Part shown: positions 1-19,493 of the stretch, piece after piece
Numbering within the stretch: position 1 is the first letter of the stretch
Layout of the letters: each line of letters begins with the position of its first letter
Made by a program: the position numbers and the translations under genes
The notes under the pieces: generated by a model
Database searches by the model: none
Seen by the model: the letters and a program-made list of their open reading frames with translations, nothing else
Told to the model about the DNA's origin: nothing
DNA from: Azolla caroliniana
Lineage: Eukaryota > Plantae > Polypodiophyta
Reading direction: 5' to 3'
NCBI GenBank assembly: GCA_043228905.1
Contig: JBHGNT010000020.1
Coordinates: forward strand, 12,400,001-12,464,000
Length of the DNA: 64,000 nucleotides

Positions 1-650
1 CTGATACCAGATTTTAACTAGTGTGATAGGGCATGGCACCATCTAATTCATTCATTTATTCAAAAATCAATACCAACGATAAGCAAATTCTATTATTGCA
101 AATCCTTAATCGATATGATGGCAAAATTGATGACTTGGCATCACAAAAACAACAATCAAGTTCAGAAAATGAATAGTATTTAACAGATTGGTGAAATAAA
201 GATTGGAAAATGAATAGGCAATACTGTCTTCGGTTTTAGCTAGAGGTCCTCATTTCTAGAAGGAAAATGTTCCTCAAATTTTCATTTAAAAACTAGTTTC
301 TCTTTTTATGTCTAATATTTAACTTGAATTCCCATACAAAACGTTTTTATGGTTATATGGTCACCAACCTTCTAGGCAGTTCTTAACCTTGCTTTCATTG
401 CTAATAAGCTTGAAAAACTCTTTATTTCAGATAATTTGATCCTATGGTCATATGACCACTTCAAGGCTTCCACATTACAGGTATCTCCTTATTGGATGTT
501 TTTTACCCTTTGTGAATTTATGTGCTAGTAAGCTTGAAGTCTCATATTCAATACTTATATTAAACATTTAAGTTTACAGTATAGAGTCTTTAAGAATGAC
601 ATTTTATTTCTAGCATAGAGTGAAAAGTAAGAACCACTAAGAAACTTAAC

Positions 651-3521
651 CTTGATTGCAGCTATCCTTTTGGCATTCAGAATTGGGTCGCTATGTATTC
701 TCCTCATTCTTCTCGTAACTGAACCTGTACGGTCATCCAATGCCTAGAAATGAAAGAAAGAAACACCATATAGCTACATTGAATATTCTGCTTGAATATT
801 CTTCGAAGTAAAGCTACCTTGCCAACCTGGCAAATGGAGGTAAGCAATATGTTACACATTCAATGTCGTCAGACCTTGAGAGCTCGCCGTATTTTTTCAC
901 GTACGTCCAGAGAAGGTGAGGTATAAATTCGTTTGGATGTTCTCCTTGGTGGAAGTTGGATATCCATGTTATCTATTATATCATCATCTTCAATTGGAAG
1001 CATTAATGGACCACTGCAACAAATGCATTATATTCAATGTACACAGAAGGATGGAATATTCCAAATTTGATAACTGCAATCTTATTCATAAATAAAAAAA
1101 CAGCAAAAAAAAAAATCACAATTAGATACCATGTCTTTTTCTCCTCCCAAAGTGTGTCATACATTGGTTGTGCTGGAGCAGCACGGTTTCCCATACATCT
1201 CAAGCACATCTTCAAACCCTGGTTCATTAGAAGTTTAAAGAAGTGACTTTTTTTTACTCTTCCAAATGGCAATCTCTTCTGAAATAACAGAAACATAATT
1301 AAAATCACAAAAAGTCGCCTACCTTTCCAGCACATTGTGCGCAAGAGAAATCGATAGTAATTTCACATTGTGGACACACTATATATCCACGACCTCGACA
1401 ATCAGGGCAAGGGAGGGTCCTCAATAATTCTCCATCTTCCCCATACCAATCCCTTATGTGAGATCTTGCTATTTTTGAGCTATAAACATCCATTCCCAGT
1501 TGCCAATAGTTATCAAGCATGAAAACATTGTAAAATTCATCACACACAAAAGAACATCCGAAATAGAACTAACTTAGAAGACTCTTTGGAAGGACCTAAG
1601 ATATCATCAAACAGATCTGAATCCATCAACAAATTCTGCATGTAGCAATAAATAAACATATGTAAGTATCATAATAGAGCTATATGTTTAGACTTACATT
1701 CAGATGCACATAGATCAAGTGTATTGCAAGAACAATAAATATTGCCTGGTAGAACATTATGCACTTTGCTTTAAACCAAGTTATCAATCATAGTTGGTAT
1801 AACGAAATTAGGGAAAATCTTCAAAATACCCCGATTATTTCTTTATTTCCCTACATATTGCTGACATTTTGTTGATTCCTCAAGCACCATTGGTCAGCCC
1901 CAGAAAGACAGCGTATTTGAGCAATTATAGGTAGATCCTTAGTTTCGTCATCATCTGCATATTGCTTTCTAGATGTATCTGGTTGAGTAGAAAAGCATCC
2001 TATATATAAAATGGTTTTTTATATTCCATTTTTTAAGCTTGAAAAAAATGATCTCATCACAAACAAGTATTGTATATCTCATCCTTTACAGGAAACAACT
2101 TTGAGAAAAACAAGTGTGCCTGCAAAATAAAGTCTATCCTCAAAAAATCGTTCACATTTCCTATGATATTAGCCTATATTCAGAGTATTTAGCATGCCAT
2201 ATTATTTACCACGTCTATACTTCCATGGGGTTTGAGAATTACTGTATGGTTGGTGCACAGAAAAAACATGGTTAAGTGAGGACATCACTTCTCTCAAAAT
2301 TGGCAAGCATGACCAAGATAGACCAAGTCAAAATTTCAGCCAAATGTTGTGTGTACGGCAAGAAAGTCAATTGTGGAACTAAGTACCGTAAGAGACAACC
2401 AGGTAAGGAGGAATAACTTATATGAACCTTGTCGTAATCCAATTCCCCTTCTTTATCCATGAACCGATCAGTGCTTTATTGACTTGCTGAATATCCAAGG
2501 AGGCATGTGTTTATGATCTGCTTTCTACTAAGAAGGCCTTTAGATCAACCTAATCAATCTGCTAGCGCTGTAATACTTTCTGGATAAGTTCACCGTAGCT
2601 ACCCTGTTTTCATATCCACAACTTCATCCCATGTGGTTGCCATTCCCAGCTACGATATATAATTATTATCTTTGTGACATGGATCCTCAATACATTTGTG
2701 TTGATTCTATTCTCATGATATGATATTTCAGATTCGTTTACATGGGGTTGTATTCCAAATATCTGTGGCATAAAAAAATACCATTATATGTATTTCATCT
2801 CTTCGCACCTCCAAACGCTTCTCCATGCTGATGTCCACTGAATTATTATTGCCTTCTTAAAACATACTCTCACCCATATTAGTTTACATTCCCTGATGCA
2901 TGTTTTATTATCAGCAACATTGTTCAAATAGAGGCAAAATTGTTCACTTGTTTTGACTACGATCTAGCTCATATACGTGCTTCATCTGCTATGCACTTAG
3001 CACTTATTTAGCTTTAACGCATGGTATTGGGAAAAAGAGAAAGAAAAATCATCTATGAAAGGTGAGCTGTGATCAGCTTTTTTGTTAGATCCATTACAGC
3101 TCATATATGGATGCTAAACAATGCAAAAAATAATCATCAGGGATGGAAAAATTCAGATGTTCAGATGCACATTCCCATTGAGATGAATAGATCGCTAAAC
3201 CCATTAAGTCTTGACAGTTCAAAACCAAAAGTCTAGCACATGCTATTCTTTCATAAATTGTCACTGTTAAATTCCTCTACATTAACGGACTTCCCATTAG
3301 CAATTGAGGACACTTTTGAAAGATTAGGATTTTTGAATGCATACATACAAGCACACATATGCCTACATACATACCCATGAGTGGAATTGAGCTCGATGAG
3401 ACGAAGCAGGGCCTAGAAGATGAGACAATAAACACATGGGTCTCCTCATGTTGATGAAATGGAGCCCTAATCCACAGAAAGGAGGCATGAGGGAGGGTCT
3501 CCTGAGGAGGAGAGGCTCCAT
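651..3521 (-). CDS. DnaJ-type zinc-finger / CCHC zinc-knuckle family protein (Arabidopsis At5g20220-like); 3' exons lie outside the window
   Basis: GT-AG exons ~1323-1480, 1130-1218, 875-1013 and 651-743 join in frame to RDWYGEDGELLRTLPCPDCRGRGYIVCPQC...CAQCAGK/GLKMCLRCMG...EDDDIIDNMDI...RRTSKRIYTSPSLDVREKIRRALK/ALDDRTGSVTRRMRRIHSDPILNAKRIAAIK. This matches the At5g20220 family as recalled (CPTCRGRG, SKRIYQSP, IHRDPVLHAQRVAAIK). Upstream exons (~1575-1636, and first exon 3375-3521 MEPLLLRR...) are tentative. Confidence 0.75.
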
Positions 3522-3533
3522 GGATGTCTCTTC

Positions 3534-3582
3534 TCTTCTTCTTCTTCTTCTTCTTCTTCTTCTTCTTCTTCTCTCTCTCTCC
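3534..3582. repeat. (CTT)n / (CT)n microsatellite just upstream of the putative start of the zinc-finger gene
   Basis: Direct reading of the sequence. Confidence 0.9.
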
Positions 3583-3732
3583 TCTGTGTGGGTCTCGGTG
3601 ACTCTGCCTATCTGTGGCTTCCGTCTCTCCCTGTTCCAGAGACGTGGCTCTCTCTAATTTGTTTGCTGCTGCTAATAATCCTTTTCATTGCCTCTATTAT
3701 TTATGGCAGAAAAGAGATTTTTGGAGACCTCC

Positions 3733-4025
3733 CAGGAATCGGCAACAGCTCGGTTCAAGCCCGAACCGAACCGTTTAAAACGGTTGGTAGGTCTGGGGGT
3801 TTGGTTTATGCTTGAGCTTCTCTTAACAGGTTTGAGCTCGGTTTGGGATTGCTCAAGCTGAACCGTACCAATTTGGGCCAAAACCACTTAAGGTTTAATC
3901 GGCTTGGCTACACTGGTTTAGCAACCAGTTCAATTCAAGTCTAGAAACTCCCCAACCGTTTTAAACGGTTTGGTTCGGACAAGGCCAAACTAGTTAAGCC
4001 GAAACTGAACCATTGTCGATCCCTA
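3733..4025. mobile_element. hAT-like MITE, degenerate
   Basis: Imperfect TIRs (CAGGAATCGGCAAC... / ...ATTGTCGATCCCTA), an internal inverted pair CCGAACCGAACCGTTTAAAACGGTTGG / CCAACCGTTTTAAACGGTTTGGTTCGG, and many AACCG motifs. The TIR resembles that of the MITE at 62955. No TSD found. Confidence 0.65.
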
Positions 4026-5515
4026 TGTTCATCTACATCTTTTTTTTTGGGGGGGGGGGGGGGGGTGTACAATCCGATCAATACAAATAACTTGGATACA
4101 TCTACTTTTGGACATCCCGATATCCTGGTAGTTCTCCGTTGTCCGATCATGCATTCTCTCGGTAGTCATTTCCCTGATGCATAGCTCAATGGATGCAGCT
4201 TGTCTTCGCCTACAATTCTGTCGACTCTCTCTATTTTGAGATCATTACTTGTCAATAGCAACCCGATAGCACAAACCCAATCAAATGTAAACAGGACATG
4301 CATGATCCTATGTGTTTCAAGGTTTAGTTGCAAGGACACAACACAATGGTTATTTCATAGTTTAACGTGCTTTTTGTTCCATGTGTATATACTATAGATG
4401 AAGCTTGGGATGAATGCATCAATTTGTCAATCAAGGAGCCATGGAAATTGCAGAAGCTTGAGATTGAAAGGCAGCATGATATTCAAGTTAACGAACATCT
4501 AGACAATAACATTAGTTTTCCATGGTAGTGCCCCCATTATGCAAACATAGGTGAATGCATGCTTTTGGTCACAATGGCATATGTTCAAAATGTTAGAGAG
4601 CACATCCAATTTGGGGTGCATGTCTACTTGTCAAGCAATATAGTATCATCAAAATTAACCCTTGATCCTTGCAAAGTATGTGTCCAATTTAGGTTATCTC
4701 AAAGGTCTTATGGGGTCATTTTGCTACATATCTAATTTAGTATGAACTTTGGTTACTTATAGATACTAGACACAAGGCTGCTGAATGACTCTTGTTTCCA
4801 AAATGGTTTTAACCAGAGCATCCTGCACTCCCAAGTTTATAAGAAATACATCATGTGAACAAGCATCAATTACCCTCATAAGTGTTCTTAACAAAGACTA
4901 GTTCAGTCAATGCGATAGATTGATTCGCCATTAGGATAAACAATCTAATGTATTGTACAAAATTTGGAGAAAACATCTTCAAAAGTTACATGAAACTATT
5001 GTCATCGTGACCAACTCCAAGAAACAACTCAGCCAACAAGCACCATTCCATAACAAAGTTTAACCATGCACAAGTTAACATTTTTTGGGATACCCAAAGT
5101 TTTCATCAATCTTGAGAAACAAATCAACATGAATACCAACATTTTATACAGGGTTAGGGTGTACAAAAACTTAAAACACTAGGAATGTGTCTTGTATGAA
5201 CATCTTGAAGAACAATTGTTTGTGAATAAATTTAAGGTGAACCCAATAGTGCTAGTCCTAGTGAAACGTTTACAACTAAATAAGACATCTAAAGCATACA
5301 AAGAATACCAATTGATCTTAGAGTTAAAGACGCTATATTTATCATACACTCTCACACTTACACCATGTGGTGTTTCTGGGAAAAGACATTTATATATAAT
5401 ATACAACTGAGGAACTATGGATTCCAAACCAATTTTTAATGGTATATTTCTTGGATCAACCTTGAGCTACAATAAAATTGCACGAGGAGATATAAATGAT
5501 GACACCATGTTTATT

Positions 5516-11135
<5,620 letters not shown>

Positions 11136-11195
11136 GCCGTCCCTCTTCTCCGTTCCTTTTATTTCTTTCTTCCTTTCTTAAACTTCCGTTTTCCC

Positions 11196-11197
11196 TT

Positions 11198-11228
<31 letters not shown>

Positions 11229-11375
11229 TTCTTCTTCTTATTCTTCTTCTTATTCTTCTTATTCTTCCTCCTCCTCCTTCTGTTATCCCCCTTTCTTCTT
11301 CTTTTCTCCTCCTTTCTCTCTGCTAATTCCTCTTCGTGACTGAAATGGGTATCATCACTCTGTTTTAATGGGTAT

Positions 11376-11411
<36 letters not shown>

Positions 11412-12070
11412 GGAAGGAAAAAGCACCAAAAGTCTGCATTAAGAGATGCAAATATAGATCATGGGATTCAAACACAACCCCTCCTCCCCTGTCCATGTCT
11501 CCATGTATGTATCTATGTATGTATGTATGTATACATGCATGCATACATACATATACATACATATACATGCATGCATGCATGTTGTTCCTGCTCTGTTTCT
11601 CTTTCCTCTCATTTTTCTCCCAAAAGTTACATTATACATAGTACATACATACATACATATGCATATGTATACATACATATACATACATGCATGCATGTTG
11701 TTCCTGCTCTGTTTCTCTTTCCTCTCATTTTTCTCCCAAAAGTTACATTATACATAGTACATACGTACATACATATATACATGCATGCATGCATGCATGC
11801 ATATATATATGCATACATACCTTGATATGGGTGTGTGTGTGAAATGCCCATTTGGGTATATGCATACATACCTTGATATGGGTGTGTGTGAAATGCCCAT
11901 TTGGGTATATGCATACATACATATATACATGCATGCATACATACCTTGATATGTGTGTGTGTGAAATGCCCATTTGGATATATGCATACATACATACATA
12001 CATATACATACATACCTTGATATGCGTGTGCGTGTGTGTGTGTGTGTGTGAAATCCCCATTTGGATATAT
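11196..12070. repeat. Low-complexity block upstream of CIPK: (CTT)n, (GAT)n, CATA/TATG/CATG repeats, a ~116-bp duplication and ~4 copies of CCTTGATATG(GT)nGAAATGCCCATTTGG
   Basis: GTTGTTCCTGCTCTGTTTCTC at 11581 and ~11697; CCTTGATATG at ~11820, 11871, 11944 and 12015. Confidence 0.9.
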
Positions 12071-12122
12071 TGACTACAAACACCTAAGTCAAATGCATGG
12101 TTGTATAATAATACCTAAGATC

Positions 12123-12412
12123 ATGGGTAAATGGGCTTCCCCCTTGAGGATCCCGATATATATTGAGCATAACACCAGACTACCAGTTATAGGAACCCCT
12201 GTCACTCTTCGAGAAAAGCCGTTTCAAACGTAACGGACTATGGTGGGTGTTTGCTTTCCAGACTTTGAGAAGAATAACTGAGATGATGGGTAAATGGGCT
12301 TCCGAGGATCCCGATAAATATAGCATAGCACCATTCATAGGCATCCTTGTCGTTCTTCGAGAAAAGTAGTTTCAAACGTAACGGAATATGGTGTTTGATT
12401 TCCAGACTTTGA
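12123..12412. repeat. Imperfect ~160-bp tandem duplication
   Basis: ATGGGTAAATGGGCTTCC...TTTCAAACGTAACGGA...TTTCCAGACTTTGAG occurs twice. Confidence 0.85.
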
Positions 12413-14230
12413 GAGATGTCTTTTCTTTTTTATGTTTCGTGCTTGCCCCCTGTGAGGGCGTTACTGGAGACATGTAGCAGAACTTCCGAGTAGTAACAGG
12501 CAATTATACACTTTCTATACTCATGCCCTCTGAGAAGGTGAAATGTTGCACATGTGGAAGATGAAATCCTATCAATTTTCACTATTGTTTATTGGTGCGA
12601 AGCAATTTTCACTCTCATTGATGCTTCTTTGGGTTGTGTATTTCATGAATTTGAATTAACGGTTGACACGTTTGAACGATAAGAATGTATTGAAGAGAGC
12701 GTCATTTGACAATGCAATCATCATGATTGCGTTACACCCAAGTTGTATAGTGTTTTTACCAAATACATAGAGGAAGATGCACAATATTATATTAATATCA
12801 TGGAAAAGGTTTGCATGGATACTAATTTGACTTGTCAATCGCTCCAATACAAAGGATGTACTTGTAAAGGCTCGAAATAAGGATAAACCTTGCATTGCAT
12901 ACAATAACAAAGAGTCCACTTCAAACAATAAAAAGCTTTGACTACCTGATCCTTGACTCTTGAGGTTCCCTCCAATCCTAGATAGGATTAATGGTGCTAA
13001 TAAGTGCTTATTGGGCATTTAAGAAGATAGCTCCAATGCGAAGAATTTATTTGTGAAGTGTCAAAATAAGGATAAACTATACGTTGTGTACAGTAGTGAG
13101 ATCCACTTAAAAGCTTCAAACATCACATCCTTGAGGTCTTGAGGTTCCCTCAAATCATAGATGGAATCGATGTGTTATTTGTTGCCTTGAAGCAAGAAAG
13201 GGGGTTTACTTTACATTTAGGAATATATGTATTTGCGGAGAATTGAGATGTTGAGTTCTTTAAAAAAATAAATCATGTTCCACATTTTGGTGACATTAGC
13301 CCTTCCTAATAGGGTGATAGCACCCACAAGTTCACATGGAAAGAGTTTGAAGATGATTGAAAGCATTTTCTTATGAAGTTTCTTCAAATTCAAGATACAA
13401 ATGGCATACTTTTAGGGACTACATGACGCCTTCTTCTTTTTTCCTGAAAAATATCCTTTCATTAGTTATGAACAATTATTACAATAAAAACTGACCTACC
13501 ATCAAGCTACCATTGATCTGGTGCATTCTTCCTTAGGTCCCATCCCTCAAGGACTACATGACGCCTTTGTTGAGATCATGGACAAGTAAAGGGATGTTGA
13601 ATATGTGCTTAACAAATTATTACTTTTACTTGACATTAGGCTCATAGACTTGCATGGGTAGCTAGTAAAAAAACAATTCAAATGTGCACAAAAGCAAAAT
13701 ATCAAGTTCTTGATTGATTTGCAAGTTAGGTAGGTATATGTGATTTTGAAGAGGGGGCAGCGGGATTACACTTAGAGGGTTTTTTTACAACCCAATGCAT
13801 AGTGGGGACTCGGGAGGCCGAAATGGAGGCTCATACTTGACTCATTTCTTTGTGTATGTTGTGCATCAAACTACAAAACCATATTCTTCTCCAAATGTGC
13901 AAAAACACTCTCCTATGCATGCGAGAGCCCATCCTCTTGTTTGGAATCGACAATGACACTTCCATTAAGCTAAGCTCATGTTCTTTTCAATGTGAGAGGT
14001 GCATTTGGTGCATTGGTGAGGAGTCTTGTTGATTACACATGACCTATTGCACACTTTTTCTCTCTAAGACATGACATTCATTCTCAATTGCAAAAATCAT
14101 CTATAAAATCTTGAACACTAAGAGTCGTTTACAAAGTCAGGACTCCATAGGCACTCTATGGAAAATATTCACTTTGGTTCCATAAGTCATCTTTGACTTT
14201 TGAGGATTCTCAACCACTCTTCGAGGCATT

Positions 14231-14421
14231 CTAGCTTTTTTGTGGTATGAATGTAAACTCTCTCTCTCTCTCTAGCTTTTTTGTGGTATGAATGTAAACT
14301 CTCTCTCTCTCTCTAGCTTTTTTGTGGTATGAATGTAAACTCTCTCTCTCACTCTAGCCTTTTTGTGGTATGAATGTAAAATCTCTCTCTCACTCTAGCC
14401 TTTTTGTGGTATGAATGTAAA

Positions 14422-14456
<35 letters not shown>
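14231..14456. repeat. ~42-bp minisatellite, 5 copies
   Basis: CTAGC(T/C)TTTTTGTGGTATGAATGTAAA(CT)n repeated in tandem. Confidence 0.95.
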
Positions 14457-14461
<5 letters not shown>

Positions 14462-17356
14462 TCATATATTCTTTTTACGTGGCGGGATCCACTCATGCCA
14501 CCTCAATTTGTGCCCAAAAAACAATAGTTATGTCTTTCCTTCTTATTTTATTTAGGTGGTTACTTGGTACCTTATGGGGATATTATGAAAATATACTCCT
14601 GTTACTAATATATACTATGACAACTAAGTATGCTTGATCTTTCTCAACATTGTGTGTGTGTGTGTTGGTTGATCAAAAAATGATTCCTTGATCTCCTGAA
14701 AAAAATTGTAACGTTCGGAAATTCTCTCTCTATCAGTTCAATATCATGAAAACGTGTTTATGCTTCTTATACATGGATCATTTAGGCAGGATCCTGCTCA
14801 AAAATATATGCATGCAATGCATTAATTTAGAGAATGATTTGTGATTTCTTTCTGTCTTTCTCTTATTGTCTTTTGTTTAAAAAGTAAGGATTGCATGTGT
14901 GTGTGTGTGCGTGTTTGCACAAAAGCATTGTATTATAACAGAATATTGCTATACATAGCAATGTAGCATGACAATAGTAGATACTAGAGTGTCATTGCTA
15001 GACCAACAAACCTAGAAAACTATGAATATATTTGACCAATCCACCAAACAATGAGGCATTCTTGATTCTCTCTCCCCCCTCCTCTTTCTATAGAGATAGC
15101 AGATAGTTTGCTTAAGCCGTAATTTTCATCTGAATGCCATTTGTTTTACAACATGAAGACAATTGTTACTTCTTGCACGTCCTTCTCAAGCTTTTGAAGA
15201 CGTTGATATGGCATTTCATTTCAACCATTTTCCCGTAAAGATTATTGTATTATGCACATTAAAAAGTTACAAAGGTGCAGAGTACTAGCTCACATGACTG
15301 TTATTGACCATATAATAGAAAAAGAAAATCCTAAATATTGTTGATGATCAAAATAAACCTAAAAAACATGTTTTTTGAAGTTGGAAAGAGTGAGACTACG
15401 CAAAAACAACTTCCTCAAGAGTTCAGTTGAGAACGTATAAATGGTCATAGAAAGGTGGTCACATGACTTCATTGACAATCTTAATTCAAGAATTTTCAAA
15501 ACCTCTCCACTTGTTTGAAGGTGAATGGAGCTTTAGCATAGAGATATGACACATCCAACTTCTGGAACACACCAATGATGACATGTTCTTGTGAAGAAGA
15601 TCCATTGTAAAGAAGACTTCAGGTTGTATTTCATTCCATGTATCTCTCATCTCAATGCCGCAAAAACTTAACATCATATTGTTTAGTCAATTCCATCATC
15701 TCATTTAGAATCGTGGGAGTGTGCTCCAAGGTACAAAAATGGAGATATGATTGTTATACTTTAATGGATCACTCAATGCACACATGAATACACTTGATCA
15801 ATACATGTTTTGCTCATTGTTACCTTAGAGGGACAAAATAGAAAGAGGAGGGGAGATAATATGTAATGCAATTTTTACTTGTTAAGAATCACTTTTTGGC
15901 CTAGCACGTGGATAAAACATACATACTTTCTTGGACTTTTAAACCATAGATGTCGTTATAGTGGGTATTAGCTATTCACCCTTCTTATATTTGTTAATGA
16001 TTTATACATTTTTTTATTTTTGCCTCTGCATGTTCCTATCATTATTTGATTGATTTCTTTCAACTCAAGGCTTACTTATAGTTATCTCATCCCACAACAT
16101 TGGGCTACAACGCATTGGTGCTAGTGGGTCAAGTTATCACATTTAGTGGTAGTAACTTGCCAAAGAAGTTGGAAATTTTTTTGGTTGGTTAGTCATCTCA
16201 TAGTTTCTATATGGTTTCCATTTAGTACAATTTTTTCTTTCTCGAGTGCTACATGATTGCTTGCATTACCCCTTGTTGGTGGACTTGGTATGGCCAAAAT
16301 TTTAAGGTTGTTATTTGATCATGTGGAAAAAATCTAAAATGTCGAGCATGAGGACTAGAAAGAAACAAAGCAAAAAGTGAAATTTATTGGTAGTTTGCTT
16401 AAGTTTCTTGTTACTCATTGTTTCTCTCTCACATTCATTAAATTATCATTGTTTATCATTACTTCAGTAATGTCATATCATTAATGTTATTTGATACTTG
16501 TTGATATTATTTTTTTAGTTACTTGGGTCTAGAATTATTCTAAGTGATGCTTATGATTCAATTACTTCAGGTAACATTGGCTTATTCCATTGTATTGGAC
16601 CAACTATGGGCATGAATATTTACTACAATAATTGTATATTAGTTACCATTATTCGGTGCTTACTTGATTACTTAAGATTGCTTGTCATGGATAGAGCCAA
16701 GGATTTGATAACCCACATTGTTGTCAATGAGGCATATCCTAGATTATTATTGTGGGTAACCCACATTATTGTCTATCATGCATATGTTGTATCACACTTA
16801 CTTTCTTAAAAAAACTTATGTTTACAATGTCTATTGTTGTATTATGTATATGTTATCATATGGTTGTGTATGGGTATGATTGGGTTGTGTATGTCCCTTT
16901 TATGTGGGTTGATGTGTACAATTGGACAATATTACTTGTGTAGTTTAATGTTCGTTAATATCTATGCTTGAGTTATTTTGTGGTTATTGATGCATATGGT
17001 GAGAACATGTTGACATTTTCATTGTTCTTTGAATGCATATGTTTGAATTTATGAGTGGTCATGGAGGTTGTCTTTACGTTGTTGATGTTTTGTTGAACAT
17101 TTCCTTTCGATTGTTTTATGCAATATGGAATGCTTCTCAATTAAGAAGGTAGTTATTTTATCGTAATTTGTCGATATGATGCTAGTCCCTTCACGATTAT
17201 TTTAAATTGAATATATGCAATGGTAGGTTGCTCCAAGTTGACTAATATGTGGCTGGTCATCGCCTCATGACTATCTCTAGTTCTTTATAGCCATTCAATA
17301 TAGAAGTGGTTAGATCATGATTTGTCTTTCTCAAGATTCACATGGTGGTGGTTGCA

Positions 17357-17735
17357 TCACAAATATTGCTAGTATAGCCATTGTAAATGTGAAGACAATG
17401 TTGAAGCTCCCAACAATTGGTTGTGATGATAGAACTTGTAGAATTTACATTTCGAGAAAATGTCAATATATGTCACTCCGATGATGGGTAAAATTGGTTT
17501 TTGTTTTAAATTGTCACCATATTCTGTGGTTAAAAAGTGGATATTTTAGTGCACCATATGTTGGAAAATCTATCGCAACCATTCATTAAAGCAAATGCAC
17601 GATTCATGTACTAATCACAAATATTGCTAGTATAGTCATTGTAAATGCGAAGACAATGTTGAAGCTCCCAACAATTGGTTGTGATTATATAACTTGTAAA
17701 ATTTACGTTTCAAGAAAATGTCAATAGTCACTCCT
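17357..17735. repeat. Dispersed ~115-bp direct duplication
   Basis: ATCACAAATATTGCTAGTATAG...GAAGCTCCCAACAATTGGTTGTGAT...GAAAATGTCAATA at ~17357 and ~17615. Confidence 0.85.
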
Positions 17736-19493
17736 ATTGGGTTACCCACAATAATAATGTGGATTGATGGACAAACCCACAATATTGTCAACATAAGAGA
17801 TAAAAATCGATTCATACTTGCTTCATTCTTATTAGTACATGTGGGCCCATCCAAATTTCTTCGTGCACTTAGCACAATGCTGTCGAGAAAATCAATCCAA
17901 TCAAAAGGTTCGACTCCTATTTTGTGTCGCAAAGATCAAGTCTCTGCATTGAGTATCCTGGTTTTTCTTCAAACTGTTGTATTGCCTCACACTTGTAAAT
18001 ATCCTTTCCATTGTAAGGCAAACAGGCCATCATAGTTGATGGATGTGGACATGTGACCATGTCCAAGACAATGTGAGACCATACTTAGTCTAAGGCACAC
18101 AACCACCTAACTGCCAAACTCACCCATGTAGATCAAGCAATGCATCAAAGATTTGATGACATTATTAACAAGATAACAAGACATTCCATGATGATATAAA
18201 CATGACAATATTTGAGGTTGCCAAAAGCCTTGTATGGGCTGAGGCAAGCTCTACGGACAAACCTCTTTTGTTCATGTGGATTGATGGACTCCACTTGGAG
18301 AGCTTGAGACACTGCCCTTCATGTTCATCTCTTTGAATTGCACCAAGGCGATACACCCTTTTATGTATATGCATCTACAGCATGTGGGAAATGTGAATCA
18401 TGGATGTCAAGATCCATAATTAACAGCAATGGTGAATAAATCATATGTCTGAATAAGTTTTACAAGGCACTAACCTGAAACAAGTGCTACATTAGAGAAT
18501 TAGTCCACTATAATAACATAAATAGAGGCTCCAATTATTGAATTCTGTGCTGAGCTATAAACCACAATTATAAAACAGTAAATATTCCCATTAATCAATT
18601 ACATTGTCTCACATATCTTCCATGGTCCAATCAATCAAGCACTATAGTTTATCAAAATAATTAACTGATATGATGAGATAATGATATCCATACAATTCAA
18701 TGACTTTGGGTAAAGCATCTTGAATATTAGAGGCTGAAGAAGAATACCAAGAAGAAATAAAAAAATGGAGGACATTTTGAAGAGCAAGTTGGAAATCTTG
18801 TTGAACTTCACAGATGATTTGAGTTTAACTAATCAAAAAGTATAGTTGACCATCTACTCCATACTTAAAGATCATTTTGGGGAATTAGTTAAATAAAAAT
18901 TCGTAACTTGATGACCTGAAAAACTTTACAAGTCTCACAGCACTTTCTTTCACTTGAAAATGAAGCACAATAAATACCAAAAACCTCAAACACTACCAGA
19001 TTTGGAGAAGTCACATTTCAACAGCGAGCTTAGAATGATTAAGATATCCTTTTCATCACTTTAACATCAAACAAGGTTCAAAACCGCAATTAGGGTATAC
19101 CCTACATCCAATAACAGAACCACATGGGATAGAAACATGCCAATAGAGAAATGATATCAGAATACATAAGACATACTGCGCCAAAAGGGAAAATTTGGCA
19201 CTCCTTCATTCATAACAATGTACTTGCACATCCAACAACACCTACAAAGAAGAGATGTGACATGCATGTGTTACTCCCAATGTCTGTATGTATACAACAT
19301 GATCTTCAAATGATCAATAACACTTGTTTCCACCCACTGTCTCCTGTCAACGTCTTCCCGACAAGTCGAGAGAAATCATATGTTACCCAAATGACAGAGA
19401 GATCCAAGTTTGTACCTTGCTTTCCAACATTTTGATGAAAGGATATGAATTTGTGGCTTTAAAAATCATACATACATATATATGATTGGTGGA

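Noticed and set aside
4400-5400. Possible LINE RT relic on the minus strand (FDDTILL-like stretch near 4640)
   Set aside because: Too degenerate to support without a homology search.
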